Of a stretch of DNA of 64,000 nucleotides, positions 1-9,835 are shown in pieces. Made by a program: the position numbers and the translations under genes. The notes beneath the pieces were generated by a model. That model worked only from the letters and a program-made list of their open reading frames with translations. It searched no databases and was not told where the DNA came from. Each line of letters opens with the position of its first letter. Positions within the stretch are counted from its first letter, which is position 1. This stretch comes from Sphingomonadales bacterium (GTDB lineage: Bacteria > Pseudomonadota > Alphaproteobacteria > Sphingomonadales > Sphingomonadaceae), in the NCBI GenBank assembly GCA_028868195.1, contig JAGWUZ010000007.1, positions 27,145-91,144 of the forward strand, read 5' to 3'.

Positions 1-1659
1 CCCGGCGGTTCCGACGCCGACGTGGTGCGCGAATGGGACCGCACCGCGAAGCGCTTCGTCGAGGGCGGCTTCACCCTGCCCGAAGCCAAGAGTTCGGTCG
101 CCTGGGAGGATGCCGACACGCTGCTCGTCGGCACCGACTGGGGACCGGGCAGCATGACCACCTCGGGCTATCCACGCGTGGTCAAGCGCTGGAAGCGCGG
201 CACCCCGCTGGCCTCGGCCGGGACGGTGATGGAAGGCCAGCCGACCGACGTCTCGCTGAACCCGCTCCGCGTGACCGATGGCGACGGCAAGGCATACAAC
301 TTCCTCCGTCGCGGCATCACCTTCTACACCGGCGAGACATGGATCGAAGGTCCGGGCGGCACGTTCGTCAAGACGCCGCTGCCCGAAACCGCCGACCTCC
401 AGGGAATCGAGGACGGGCGGCTGATCGTGTTCCTCAACAAGCCGCTGGGCGACATTCCGGAAGGGTCAGTGGTCGACTGGCCCATCGCCGACGTGCTGGC
501 GGGCAAGGCCCGCGCGCCCGAAGTTGTGTTCAAGCCGAGCGCCGCCCAGGCGGTCGAGACCGTGGGCACCACCGACCATCACGTGTGGATCAAGCTGCTC
601 GACGACGTCTCGGGCCGGCTGCTGTCGCTGACCCGCGGGGCGGACGGCACATGGAGCCAGGTTGCCGCGGACCTGCCCGACAAGGCGACGGTCACGCTGG
701 TTTCGGGCTCGGACAAGGACGACCTCGCCTTCGCCACGGTGCAGTCGTTCCTCGTCCCGCCGACGCTCTATGCGGTCTCGGCCGACGGCAAGGCGCAGGC
801 GGTGCAGTCGCTACCCGCCAAGTTCGACGCTTCGCGCTACACGATGAGCCAGCACTTCGCGGTGTCGAAGGATGGCACGCGGGTCCCCTATTTCCTCGCG
901 CTCAGGAAAGGCGTGACCGGCCCGGTGCCAGCGCTGATCCACGCCTACGGCGGCTTCCGCCTCGCGCAGACGCCGACCTATCTCACCACCGAGCCCTATC
1001 GCGCCGGGCCGCTCGCGCTGTTCTGGGTGGAGGAGGGCAACGCCTATGTCCTCGCCAACATCCGCGGCGGCGGCGAATATGGCCCCGCGTGGCACGACGC
1101 GACGCTGCGCGAGAAGCGGCAGAACGCCTATGACGATCTCTACGCGGTGGCCGAGGACCTGGTGAAGCAGGGTATCTCCGCCAGGGGCAAGGTCGCGGTC
1201 TCGGGCCGCTCGAACGGCGGGCTGATGGCGGGCGTCGCCATGACCCAGCGCCCCGACCTGTTCGGCGCGGCGATCATCGGTTCGCCGCTGCTCGACATGA
1301 AGCGCTATTCGCACATGCTGGCGGGGGCTTCGTGGATGGCCGAATACGGCAACCCCGACGTGCCCGCCGACTGGGCGTTCATCCGCAAGTATTCGCCCTA
1401 CCAGAACCTGCGCAAGGGCGTGCATTACCCGCCGCCGTTCATCTACAATTCGACCGAGGACGACCGCGTCCACCCCGGACACGCGCGCAAGTTCGCGGCG
1501 AAGCTGAAGGCGCTGGGCGACACCGTCTATTACCACGAATACCGCGAGGGCGGGCACTCGGTCGGCGCCGACCACGCCGAGGACGCGGTGCGCGCGGCGA
1601 TGCTCCACGCCTATCTGCGCCACGTGCTGATGGGGGTGGAGCCGCTGCCGGCGGACTAG
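1..1659 (+). CDS. Prolyl oligopeptidase family (S9A) serine peptidase, 5'-truncated by the window
   Basis: Frame open from base 1 (PGGSDADVVREWD...); nucleophile motif GRSNGG, Asp in STEDDRV, His in GGHSVG; NIRGGGEYG S9 motif. Confidence 0.9.
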   Translation, partial: PGGSDADVVREWDRTAKRFVEGGFTLPEAKSSVAWEDADTLLVGTDWGPGSMTTSGYPRVVKRWKRGTPLASAGTVMEGQPTDVSLNPLRVTDGDGKAYNFLRRGITFYTGETWIEGPGGTFVKTPLPETADLQGIEDGRLIVFLNKPLGDIPEGSVVDWPIADVLAGKARAPEVVFKPSAAQAVETVGTTDHHVWIKLLDDVSGRLLSLTRGADGTWSQVAADLPDKATVTLVSGSDKDDLAFATVQSFLVPPTLYAVSADGKAQAVQSLPAKFDASRYTMSQHFAVSKDGTRVPYFLALRKGVTGPVPALIHAYGGFRLAQTPTYLTTEPYRAGPLALFWVEEGNAYVLANIRGGGEYGPAWHDATLREKRQNAYDDLYAVAEDLVKQGISARGKVAVSGRSNGGLMAGVAMTQRPDLFGAAIIGSPLLDMKRYSHMLAGASWMAEYGNPDVPADWAFIRKYSPYQNLRKGVHYPPPFIYNSTEDDRVHPGHARKFAAKLKALGDTVYYHEYREGGHSVGADHAEDAVRAAMLHAYLRHVLMGVEPLPAD

Positions 1660-1663
1660 GCGG

Positions 1664-2617
1664 TCATCCGCCATGGCCGTGTGACGCGGGAACCGCCAGG
1701 TCTCCCTGGCCCGCATGGGAATTGATGGCCGACTTGATGAACTCTTCGAGGTCATCGATGGTCGCGCCCTGCATGCCCGGCCTGCGGTACCAGACCAGCA
1801 GCCAGTCCATGACCGGAAACAGCATCGCGATGTCCGCCCGGGCCTCGGAATTCAGGATCGTCATCGGCAGAACTCCTGCGCCCACCCCGCGCTCGATCAT
1901 GCGTGCCATGACATCGTAATACTGGGTATGGCCCACCACGTTCCCGGGAACGACGCCGTGCCTTGCCATTCCGGCGAGCAACCGCTTGCGTTCCTGGCTG
2001 CCTTCAGGCGGCAGGATCATCGGGAGGTCGCTCGCTTCCTCGGCGCTTAGCGGCAGGGCCCTGCCACCGGCAAGCGAGGTGCGCCCGAGAAGTCCGCTGG
2101 TCACCCGCGCGAGGACCGCCATGCCCCGTGGAACCTCGGCCTCGGCGGTGAGGTGATAGAGCGCGAAATCGAAATGACCGTCCTCGACCTCCCGGTTGGG
2201 CAGGGTGCTGGGATGCTGGGGGACGAATTCCAGTTCGACCGCCGGATGGTCGGCGATGAATGCGTCGAGCTTCGGCTTGATGTAGCGCTCCATCAGCGCC
2301 ACCGCGACGAGAATGCGGAAACGCGTCTGTTCGGCGCCGCGCGGCACCGTGGCGCGGTGCGCGGCGAGCTGGCCCAGCGCCTGCTCGCAATGCCTGACGT
2401 CGGCCAGGAAGGCCGCGCCTTCGATGGTCAGGCGGGTCGGCACGCCCGGCAGCCGCCGCAGCAGCGGCACGCCCAGCTGCATCTCGAGAGTCTTGATCTG
2501 GTTGCTCACGGCGGCCTGCGAAATGTTCAGTTCCTCCGCGCACCGGCGGAACGACAGCGACCTGCAAAGCGTCGAGAAGACGTCGAGTTGTCGAAGCGTG
2601 AACGGCAGGTTGGCCAT
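1664..2617 (-). CDS. LysR-family transcriptional regulator
   Basis: N-terminal LysR HTH (FTLRQLDVF...SFRRCAEELNISQAAVSNQIKTLE..LGVPLL), 317 aa, divergent from the TonB-dependent receptor. Confidence 0.92.
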   Translation of the reverse strand: MANLPFTLRQLDVFSTLCRSLSFRRCAEELNISQAAVSNQIKTLEMQLGVPLLRRLPGVPTRLTIEGAAFLADVRHCEQALGQLAAHRATVPRGAEQTRFRILVAVALMERYIKPKLDAFIADHPAVELEFVPQHPSTLPNREVEDGHFDFALYHLTAEAEVPRGMAVLARVTSGLLGRTSLAGGRALPLSAEEASDLPMILPPEGSQERKRLLAGMARHGVVPGNVVGHTQYYDVMARMIERGVGAGVLPMTILNSEARADIAMLFPVMDWLLVWYRRPGMQGATIDDLEEFIKSAINSHAGQGDLAVPASHGHGG

Positions 2618-2629
2618 GGCCGGATAGTC

Positions 2630-2645
2630 ATAACCTGAAAGTTAT
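2630..2645. promoter_or_regulatory. Inverted repeat ATAAC-N6-GTTAT, candidate LysR operator
   Basis: Perfect 5-bp arms 13 nt upstream of the LysR start in the divergent intergenic region; spacing is 1 nt longer than the canonical T-N11-A. Confidence 0.45.
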
Positions 2646-2729
2646 CGAGTGTCATCAGCTCTGGGTTGCTTGTCCAGATACCCCGGATGCGCCGAAATAT
2701 TGCCCAACATAAAGACAGGGGATGATGCC

Positions 2730-5700
2730 GTGAAAACAGACCGCGCTCGCGCGCCCGCGTTCGGTTCGATGGGCGTTGGGGGATTTCTCGCCGGGGCCAG
2801 TGTCGTGGCCATGATGTGCGCATCGTCGACCGCATCGGCGCAGGATGCGGGGAAGACACCTGCCGACGCCGCAACCAGCAGTTCCTCGAACGCGGCGGCG
2901 ACGATCGTGGTGACCGGTTCGCGCCTGCGCACCGACGGCTCGGAGACACCGATCCCGGTGACTGCGGTGGGCGCGCAGGAATTGAACCAGATGTCGGCCG
3001 GGCCATTGATCGATGGTGTCAGCCAGCTACCGCAATTTTTCGGCAACCAGACGACCTCGTCGGTCCAGATCTCGGGCGTGGGCGGCACCGGCTGGTTCGC
3101 GCGCGGCGGATATGGCAACCTCAACCTGCGCGGACTGGGGATCAACCGCACGCTGACCCTGCTCGACGGTCACCGCGTGATCTCGTCGGGGCCGTTCGGC
3201 GGCGTCGACATCAACGTCATTCCCGACGCCATGATCTCGAGCGTCGAAACCGTGACCGGCGGCGCGTCGGCGGCCTACGGCACCGACGCGGTGGCGGGCG
3301 TGGTCAACTTCAAGCTCGACCACCGCTTCAACGGACTGGTCGCCAAGGCGCAGGCCGGGGCCAGCGGCCGTGGCGACGCGGGCAACTACAAGGCCTCGCT
3401 CACCTTCGGCACCAACATCGGCGAGCGTCTGCACCTGATCGTGTCGGGCGAGTACGAAAAGCAGAATGGAATCCACAACTACAACGGCCGCAACTGGTAC
3501 CAGGCCTATGGCGTGGTCAACGGCCAGGTCGTGCCCGACGTCGTTTCGGCGAGCAGCAGTTTCAACGGGATCATCTTCGCCCCCGGAACGCCGCTGCAGG
3601 GCAAGGAGTTCCTGCCCGACGGGAGCGGGATCACACCGTTCGTGCGCAGCAGCGTCTCCTCCGGCCTGACCGGCACGCCCCCCGCGCTCCAGTCGATCGC
3701 GAATGGCGGCAGCGGGCAGGACCTTGCCGGGCAGCTGTTCACCATCTTGCCCGATTCGTCGCGCAACAGCATCTACGCGCGCGCCGACTATGACGCGGGC
3801 GGCGGGGTGAAGGTGCACGCGCAGTACATCCGAGGCGAGAACCGCACCTTCCGCTACAACGATCCCACCGGCTCGTTCAACGGCACGCCCACAACGCTGA
3901 CGATCTTCCAGGACAACGCGTTCCTGCCCGCCACGGTCCGGCAGACGATGATCGACAACAACATCAAGTCGTTCACCCTGCGCAAGATGGGGAGCCTCGC
4001 CGACCTCGCGACGCACAACTGGCTCAAGGACGACAGCGTGATGAACTCGCTGTCGGCGGGACTGACCTGGGATATCGCCAGCGGCGGCCTGTTCGACGGC
4101 TGGCAGATGGACCTCAACTACCAGTACGGCACCAACAGGCGCGACGCCTTCCAGAGCGGCACGCTGGTCAGCAACATCTTCGCCTCGGTCGACGCGGTGA
4201 AGGACCCCAACGGCAACATCGTGTGCCGCGTCTCGCTCTACGGCAACGCCTTCCCGGGCTGCGTGCCGATCAACCTGTTCGGCCAGGGCAATGCCTCGCA
4301 GGCGGCGATCAACTACGTGACGCAGTTCGTGCCGGGCCAGACGATCACCACGCCGATCTTCTATGCCGACACCGGTTATGCGCGCGGCGACACCATGACC
4401 TACACGACCGGGCTTTACAAAGAGAACGTGACGACGATGCGCGAGCACGTCGCCGAGTTCTCGATGACCGGCGACGTGGCGCACGACTGGGCGGGCACGA
4501 TCTCGGCCGCGTTCGGCGGATCGTTTCGCAGCGACTCGATCCACCAGCTGGTCTACGACCCGAGCAATCCGCCTTCGGATTCGGTCAGCGGCCACCCGGT
4601 GCTGTGCAACGGCCAGGCGCCGGGCCTGCGCGGGGTGAGCGGTCCGGACTGCGCCAACTCCGTCGGCGTGCAGTACTCGAAGGTCTCGAACCTCGAGGGC
4701 TCGATCAACGTCAAGGAAGCCTTTGCCGAAGTGCAGGTTCCGCTGCTTCCGGACAGCGGTTTCGTCAACAGCGCGAACCTCGACGTCTCGGGGCGCTGGG
4801 CCAACTACTCGGGCTCGGGCACGGTCTGGGCCTACAAGGCGGGCCTCAAGACCATGGTCGGTCGCTCGCTTTTGCTGCGCGGAACCTATTCGCGCGACGT
4901 GCGCGCCGCCAACCTTTCGGAGCGCTTCGACAAGACCGGCGGTGCCGCCACCGTGAACTTCAACGGCGCTCCCATCACCGTGACGACATATTCGGGCGGC
5001 AATCCGAACGTTCTGCCCGAGAAGGCCGACACATGGACGGTGGGCGCGGTCCTGAAGCCCGGCTTCCTGCCCGGCTTCTCGCTCTCGGCCGACTACTATG
5101 ACATCCGGATAAAGGGCGCGATCGGCCAGCTGGGCCCACAGGCCGTGCTCGACAATTGCGTGACGAACAACCTGCTCTGCAATCTCGTCTCCTTCGATTC
5201 GACCACCGGAGCGCCGATCCTGATCGGCAACCTCTACATCAACGTCAACGAAGACCGCGTGCGCGGCCTCGACGTCGAAGCGAACTACAACACCACGCCG
5301 AAAATCTTCGGCGGTGATGAAGCGCTCGGCGTGCGCGCATTCGCCACCTGGCTGTTCGAGAGCACCGAAACGCTGGGCAACGGCGTTTCGGTCGATCGTG
5401 CGGGCCAGACCGGTTACCAGCAGTCGAACGGCATTCCTTACGCCTTGCCGCATTTCAAGCTTACCGGGAACCTCACCTATCGCAACGGCGGGTTCACATC
5501 GTTCCTGCAGGGTCGCTACATCGGCCCCGGCAAGCAGGAAAACGCGCTACCTGACAGTGCGCTCAACCACGTGGACTCGGCGTTCTACCTCGACTGGCGG
5601 TTGTCCTACGACATCAAGACCGGCAGCGGGTCCGACTTCCAGATCTTCGCCATGGTGACCAACCTCACCGACAAGTCGCCTCCGCTCACGCCCTATTACA

Positions 5701-5792
5701 GCGTGTTTGGGGCCCACACCTACCAGGCGAACAGCACCTTGTTCGATCTCGTCGGCCGTCGCTACACGATGGGTGTCAAGGTCAAGATGTAA
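2730..5792 (+). CDS. TonB-dependent outer-membrane receptor
   Basis: Signal peptide, TonB-box-like TIVVTGSR, plug motif NLNLRGLGINRTLTLLDGHR, VETVTGGASAAYGTDAVAGVVNF, C-terminal beta strand; GTG start at 2730 after ACAGGGGA. Confidence 0.95.
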   Translation: MKTDRARAPAFGSMGVGGFLAGASVVAMMCASSTASAQDAGKTPADAATSSSSNAAATIVVTGSRLRTDGSETPIPVTAVGAQELNQMSAGPLIDGVSQLPQFFGNQTTSSVQISGVGGTGWFARGGYGNLNLRGLGINRTLTLLDGHRVISSGPFGGVDINVIPDAMISSVETVTGGASAAYGTDAVAGVVNFKLDHRFNGLVAKAQAGASGRGDAGNYKASLTFGTNIGERLHLIVSGEYEKQNGIHNYNGRNWYQAYGVVNGQVVPDVVSASSSFNGIIFAPGTPLQGKEFLPDGSGITPFVRSSVSSGLTGTPPALQSIANGGSGQDLAGQLFTILPDSSRNSIYARADYDAGGGVKVHAQYIRGENRTFRYNDPTGSFNGTPTTLTIFQDNAFLPATVRQTMIDNNIKSFTLRKMGSLADLATHNWLKDDSVMNSLSAGLTWDIASGGLFDGWQMDLNYQYGTNRRDAFQSGTLVSNIFASVDAVKDPNGNIVCRVSLYGNAFPGCVPINLFGQGNASQAAINYVTQFVPGQTITTPIFYADTGYARGDTMTYTTGLYKENVTTMREHVAEFSMTGDVAHDWAGTISAAFGGSFRSDSIHQLVYDPSNPPSDSVSGHPVLCNGQAPGLRGVSGPDCANSVGVQYSKVSNLEGSINVKEAFAEVQVPLLPDSGFVNSANLDVSGRWANYSGSGTVWAYKAGLKTMVGRSLLLRGTYSRDVRAANLSERFDKTGGAATVNFNGAPITVTTYSGGNPNVLPEKADTWTVGAVLKPGFLPGFSLSADYYDIRIKGAIGQLGPQAVLDNCVTNNLLCNLVSFDSTTGAPILIGNLYINVNEDRVRGLDVEANYNTTPKIFGGDEALGVRAFATWLFESTETLGNGVSVDRAGQTGYQQSNGIPYALPHFKLTGNLTYRNGGFTSFLQGRYIGPGKQENALPDSALNHVDSAFYLDWRLSYDIKTGSGSDFQIFAMVTNLTDKSPPLTPYYSVFGAHTYQANSTLFDLVGRRYTMGVKVKM

Positions 5793-5803
5793 CCTCCCTG
5801 CTG

Positions 5804-5829
5804 CCCCGGCGGTTCCCGGACCGCCGGGG
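5804..5829 (+). terminator. GC-rich hairpin between receptor and hydrolase (terminator or mRNA-stabilising stem)
   Basis: 10-bp stem CCCCGGCGGT/ACCGCCGGGG, 6-nt loop, only a weak U tract. Confidence 0.55.
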
Positions 5830-5874
5830 TTCATCTTGCGACAAGGCCGCCCGCCAACCTGAAGAGAGCCCTCC

Positions 5875-6879
5875 ATGCTGAAATCCGCCACGATCGCCCT
5901 GGCCCTGCTGGCCGGGAACGTCTCCACGCGCGCCATCGCCGCGGACGAGGCTGCGCCGAGCCATGCGGCCAGCATCGTACTGCTCGGCACCAAGGGCGGC
6001 CCCACCGCCGATCCCGAGCGGTCCGAGCCCGCCAACCTGCTGGTGGTCGACGGGCACACCTACCTGATCGACGCGGGCGCGGGCGTCGCGCGCCAGCTCG
6101 CCGCGGCCGGACACGCGCCGCCGACGATCCACACGATCTTCCTGACGCACCACCACCTCGACCATACCGCGGGGCTCGAGTCGCTGATCGGCCTGAACTG
6201 GATCGGCAACGGCCTGTTCGGCCGGCACGACCCGGTCGACATCTATGGCCCGCCCGCGACCGACCACCTCGTTGCCGCCGCGCTCGACTACCTGTCGACC
6301 TCGCAGCGCATCTTCCGCGCCGGTATTCCCAGCCTGCCCGATTCACGCACCATGTACCGCGCGCACGTGATCGATGCGAACGGCCAGTTCTTCGATGATG
6401 GCACGGTCAAGGTGACGGCGGTCGAAAACTCGCACTTCAGCCATCCCTCATTCGGGCCCGACGGCATGCAGGACATGTCGTTCTCGTACCGCTTCGATAC
6501 GCCCGAAGGCTCGGTGGTCTTCACCGGCGACACCGGCCCGAGCGACGCCGTGGCTGAACTCGCCAAGGGCGCGGACGTGCTGGTCAGCGAGGTCTACCTC
6601 TCCACTCCAGAGAGCCCCGAGGACAAGGCCAGCGCGGGCGACGCGCTGCGCAAGGAGCTGGCCGAGCACATGGCGCGCGAGCACCTCTCGCCCGCGGAAG
6701 TGGGAAAGATCGCGGCGCGCGCGGGGGTGAAGACGGTCATCCTGACGCACATCGTCGCCGCGCCGTCCGACGACCTTGAAAAGACGCTCGAAGCGGGCGT
6801 GCACAAGTACTTTTCCGGCCCGGTGATCGTCGGCCACGACCTCCTGACGTTCGATCTGGGCAAGCCGGCGGCCAAGTAG
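5875..6879 (+). CDS. Secreted metallo-beta-lactamase-fold hydrolase (RNase Z / AtsA-type arylsulfatase-like)
   Basis: Signal peptide; VLLGTKGGP, YLIDAGAG, THHHLDHTAG (HxHxDH), VVFTGDTG, ADVLVSE, VILTH motifs. Confidence 0.85.
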   Translation: MLKSATIALALLAGNVSTRAIAADEAAPSHAASIVLLGTKGGPTADPERSEPANLLVVDGHTYLIDAGAGVARQLAAAGHAPPTIHTIFLTHHHLDHTAGLESLIGLNWIGNGLFGRHDPVDIYGPPATDHLVAAALDYLSTSQRIFRAGIPSLPDSRTMYRAHVIDANGQFFDDGTVKVTAVENSHFSHPSFGPDGMQDMSFSYRFDTPEGSVVFTGDTGPSDAVAELAKGADVLVSEVYLSTPESPEDKASAGDALRKELAEHMAREHLSPAEVGKIAARAGVKTVILTHIVAAPSDDLEKTLEAGVHKYFSGPVIVGHDLLTFDLGKPAAK

Positions 6880-6932
6880 GGCGGCGAGCGGCGGCGGCAT
6901 TGCGCTGCCGCAGTCGGACCGGGCGAAAAACC

Positions 6933-8762
6933 CTACCCGACAGGCAGCCCGAACATCAGCTCGCGCACGTATTTCACCGGCGGCGAGCCGTGGGCGAGAA
7001 CCTCGTCGTTGTAGGCCTTGAGATCGAACGAGGCGCCAAGGCGCTTCATCGCTTCCTCGCGCAGCGCGCGGTGTTCCTCGAAACCGGTGAAGTAGGAGAG
7101 CAGCTGCACCGAGGAAAGGCTCGCGCGCACCCATTTGCCCGCCGCCTCGCGCTCCTGCTGGAAGGCGCCCTTCTCCATCAGCTCCATCGCCTGGTCGCGC
7201 GTCATGCCCTCGGTCTGGATGCCGATGTCGAGCAGCGTGTTGGTGATAGAGCGCAGCCGCATCTTGAGCACGGTCAGCGCGAAGAGGTTCCGCCGTTGGG
7301 GATCGCTGTCCATGTAGCCCTGGTCCATCATCATGCCCTCGGCATAGACCGCCCAGCCCTCGATGAAGGGACCCGAGCCTAGCACCGCGCGCAGCGTGTC
7401 GGGGCTTTTGTTGGCGTGCGCCAGCTGAAGGTAGTGGCCGGGCATCGCCTCGTGGATGGCAAGGTCCTGCACCATGTAGTCGTTGTATTCGGAAAGGAAC
7501 GACGTTGCCTGCGCGTCGGTCCATTCGGGCGGGATCGGCGCGACCGCGAAGAAGTTGGGCAGGCTCTTCTCGAGCGGCCCCGGCGCGTCGTCGTAGGCGA
7601 CGGCATAGCCCCACTGGCTGCGCGGCATCTCTATCACCTGCACCGGCGAATCGGGCAACCACACGAGGTTCTTTTCGCGCACGAAGTCCGTCGCCTGCAC
7701 CAGCGCCGCCTTGGCGGCGTCCATCAGCCCGTCGCGCGCCGGGCGCTGCGCGTAAGTGAGCGCGAGCGCGGCCTCGATCCCCGCCTGCTGCTGCGCGGCG
7801 GTTGGATGACCGGGCAGCGGCGGGGCGCCGGCCTTGCCGGCCAGCACCTTGCGCGCGATCGCGTACATCTGCGCGCGCGTCTCGGCCCTCGCCTTCACCG
7901 CCGCCGCCTTTAGCTCGCCGCGCGTCATGCTCGACTGCAGCGCGAAGGCCATCTTCCGGTCGTAGAGCTTGGGCCCCAGCCGGAAATCACCGTTGGCCAG
8001 CGGCACCAGCACCGTGTCGATCCAGTGCTGGTTTTCCTCCACCGCCGCCGCAAGCCTGTCGCGCGCCGCCCTGAAGCGCGCCTGGTCGGCTTCGGGCAGC
8101 GTGTCGAGATGCGGGGCCAGCATCCCGTCGACGATATCCATGATCCCCTTGTTGCGCTGGGACACGGTCTTGGCGTGGATCTGCGGCACCTTGACCGGCA
8201 CCAGCCCGGCACGCCCCTCGGCGAGCAGCGCGGGCAGGCCCTCCATCCGCGCGGTCGCGCTGCGCAGCCGCTCGGGCCAGGGCGCGAAATCGCGCGCGGC
8301 GAGGCCGTAGAGCGCACTCGAGGCATAGCCGAGATACCCCTGCGGGTCCCACTCCCATTCCTTGAGGTTGGCGTCGCGCCACAGGCCATAGCGCAGGTCG
8401 TTGTCGAGCAGCGCATAGTCGACCTGGTTGTCGCGCGAGAGCTTCGCGCGGTCGAGCTTGCCCATCTCGGCAAGGATCGCGCGCGCCTCGGCGTTCCACG
8501 CCGCGCGGCCCGCGGCGCTGATATCGGGCAGCTTGTCGTCGAAGCGGTGGTCGCCCAGCCCGGTCGCCGCGACCGGGTCGAAGCGCGCAACCGAATCGAG
8601 GTAGCGGTCGGCGATTCCGCGGAACGCGGCGTCTTCGGGCGCGACGGCCGGCGCGGCTGGCGGGGTCAGCGCGCAAGGCTCGTCCGAGGCCAGCGCGGGC
8701 GAAGGGCCGAGCAGGGTAAAGGCAATAGCGATCGCCGCACAGGCGGTGGCAAGTCTCGTCAT
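6933..8762 (-). CDS. DUF885-family exported protein
   Basis: Signal peptide MTRLATACAAIAIAFTLLG; ATGLGDHRFD, HEAMPGHYLQ, FIEGWAVYAE and FHDEVL-like C-terminal motifs typical of DUF885. Confidence 0.85.
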   Translation of the reverse strand: MTRLATACAAIAIAFTLLGPSPALASDEPCALTPPAAPAVAPEDAAFRGIADRYLDSVARFDPVAATGLGDHRFDDKLPDISAAGRAAWNAEARAILAEMGKLDRAKLSRDNQVDYALLDNDLRYGLWRDANLKEWEWDPQGYLGYASSALYGLAARDFAPWPERLRSATARMEGLPALLAEGRAGLVPVKVPQIHAKTVSQRNKGIMDIVDGMLAPHLDTLPEADQARFRAARDRLAAAVEENQHWIDTVLVPLANGDFRLGPKLYDRKMAFALQSSMTRGELKAAAVKARAETRAQMYAIARKVLAGKAGAPPLPGHPTAAQQQAGIEAALALTYAQRPARDGLMDAAKAALVQATDFVREKNLVWLPDSPVQVIEMPRSQWGYAVAYDDAPGPLEKSLPNFFAVAPIPPEWTDAQATSFLSEYNDYMVQDLAIHEAMPGHYLQLAHANKSPDTLRAVLGSGPFIEGWAVYAEGMMMDQGYMDSDPQRRNLFALTVLKMRLRSITNTLLDIGIQTEGMTRDQAMELMEKGAFQQEREAAGKWVRASLSSVQLLSYFTGFEEHRALREEAMKRLGASFDLKAYNDEVLAHGSPPVKYVRELMFGLPVG

Positions 8763-8823
8763 GGCGGCAGGCGCTCCCCCGTTTGCTATTCGGTTGCGAT
8801 TGCTACCAGCCGCTGCCCCGGCG

Positions 8824-9771
8824 TCAATCGCTGCCGGCCGGTTCGGGCGGATCGTCCTTCGGATCGAAGCGGCGCGACAGCACCAGCGCGGCGGCGACCA
8901 GCACCATGCCCAGCCCATCGAGCCAGCCCATGTCCTCGCCGAACACCGACCAGCCGACCAGCACCGCAACCGCGGGCTGGGTGAGCAGCGCGAGCCCGAT
9001 CACCAACGGACTGAAATGCTTGAACGAATAGACCAGCAGCCCCTGCCCGATCACCTGGCTGCCCAGCGCGAGCGCGATCAGCGGTCCCCAGGCATGCGGC
9101 CACACCGGCTCGCCGCGCAGCAGCGCGATGGCGAGCAGCACCGGCGCCCCGGCCGCGCTCGCCAGCAGCAGCAGCGACCACGAGCCGAACCGGGTTCGCG
9201 CGTCGTGCAGCAGCAGGATGTAGAAGCCGTAGAAGAACCCGGCGAGAATGCAGAACAGGTCACCGGTCAGCGTGCGCGTGTCGATCTCGATCGAGCGGCC
9301 CATCAGGATCGCCGCGCCGCCGATCGCCAGCAGCACCGCCAGCGCTTCGCCCACACGCGGCAGGCGGCGCACCGCCACGATGCCCCAGACCATCAGGATC
9401 AGGCTCCCGCCGTTGCCGAACAGCGTGGCGTTGGCCATCCGCGTGCGCTCGATGCCGATATGCCAGCTGGCAAGGTCGAACGAGAACAGCACGCCCGCGA
9501 GCAGCGCGGCGAGCACCGCCTTGCGCTCGACCCCGGCGATCCGCTGCCCGGTCTGGCGCGCAATCAGGGCAAGCAGCGGCAGCGCGAGGAACAGCCGCCA
9601 GAACGCCGCAGAGACCGGCCCGCTGTCGGACCAGCGCACCGCCCACGGCCCCAGCGCGAGCATCATGTTGCCGACGAGCAGCGCGGCGAGCGGCAGGCCC
9701 ACCGCAACGCGGCCAAGCCGGGCTTTACCCGCGATCAGGTTTTCTTCTGCAACTTGGCTTGCCTCGTCCAT
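8824..9771 (-). CDS. DMT/EamA-family transporter
   Basis: About 10 hydrophobic helices in two EamA-like halves (AFWRLFLALPLL; WHIGIERTRMANATLFGN; ALLTQPAVAVLVGW). Confidence 0.88.
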   Translation of the reverse strand: MDEASQVAEENLIAGKARLGRVAVGLPLAALLVGNMMLALGPWAVRWSDSGPVSAAFWRLFLALPLLALIARQTGQRIAGVERKAVLAALLAGVLFSFDLASWHIGIERTRMANATLFGNGGSLILMVWGIVAVRRLPRVGEALAVLLAIGGAAILMGRSIEIDTRTLTGDLFCILAGFFYGFYILLLHDARTRFGSWSLLLLASAAGAPVLLAIALLRGEPVWPHAWGPLIALALGSQVIGQGLLVYSFKHFSPLVIGLALLTQPAVAVLVGWSVFGEDMGWLDGLGMVLVAAALVLSRRFDPKDDPPEPAGSD

Positions 9772-9835
9772 CGACGCGCCCTAGCTCTTCACACAAGCCC
9801 GCGCGAGACGGATTCTTCGCCCCGCGCACAAACAC

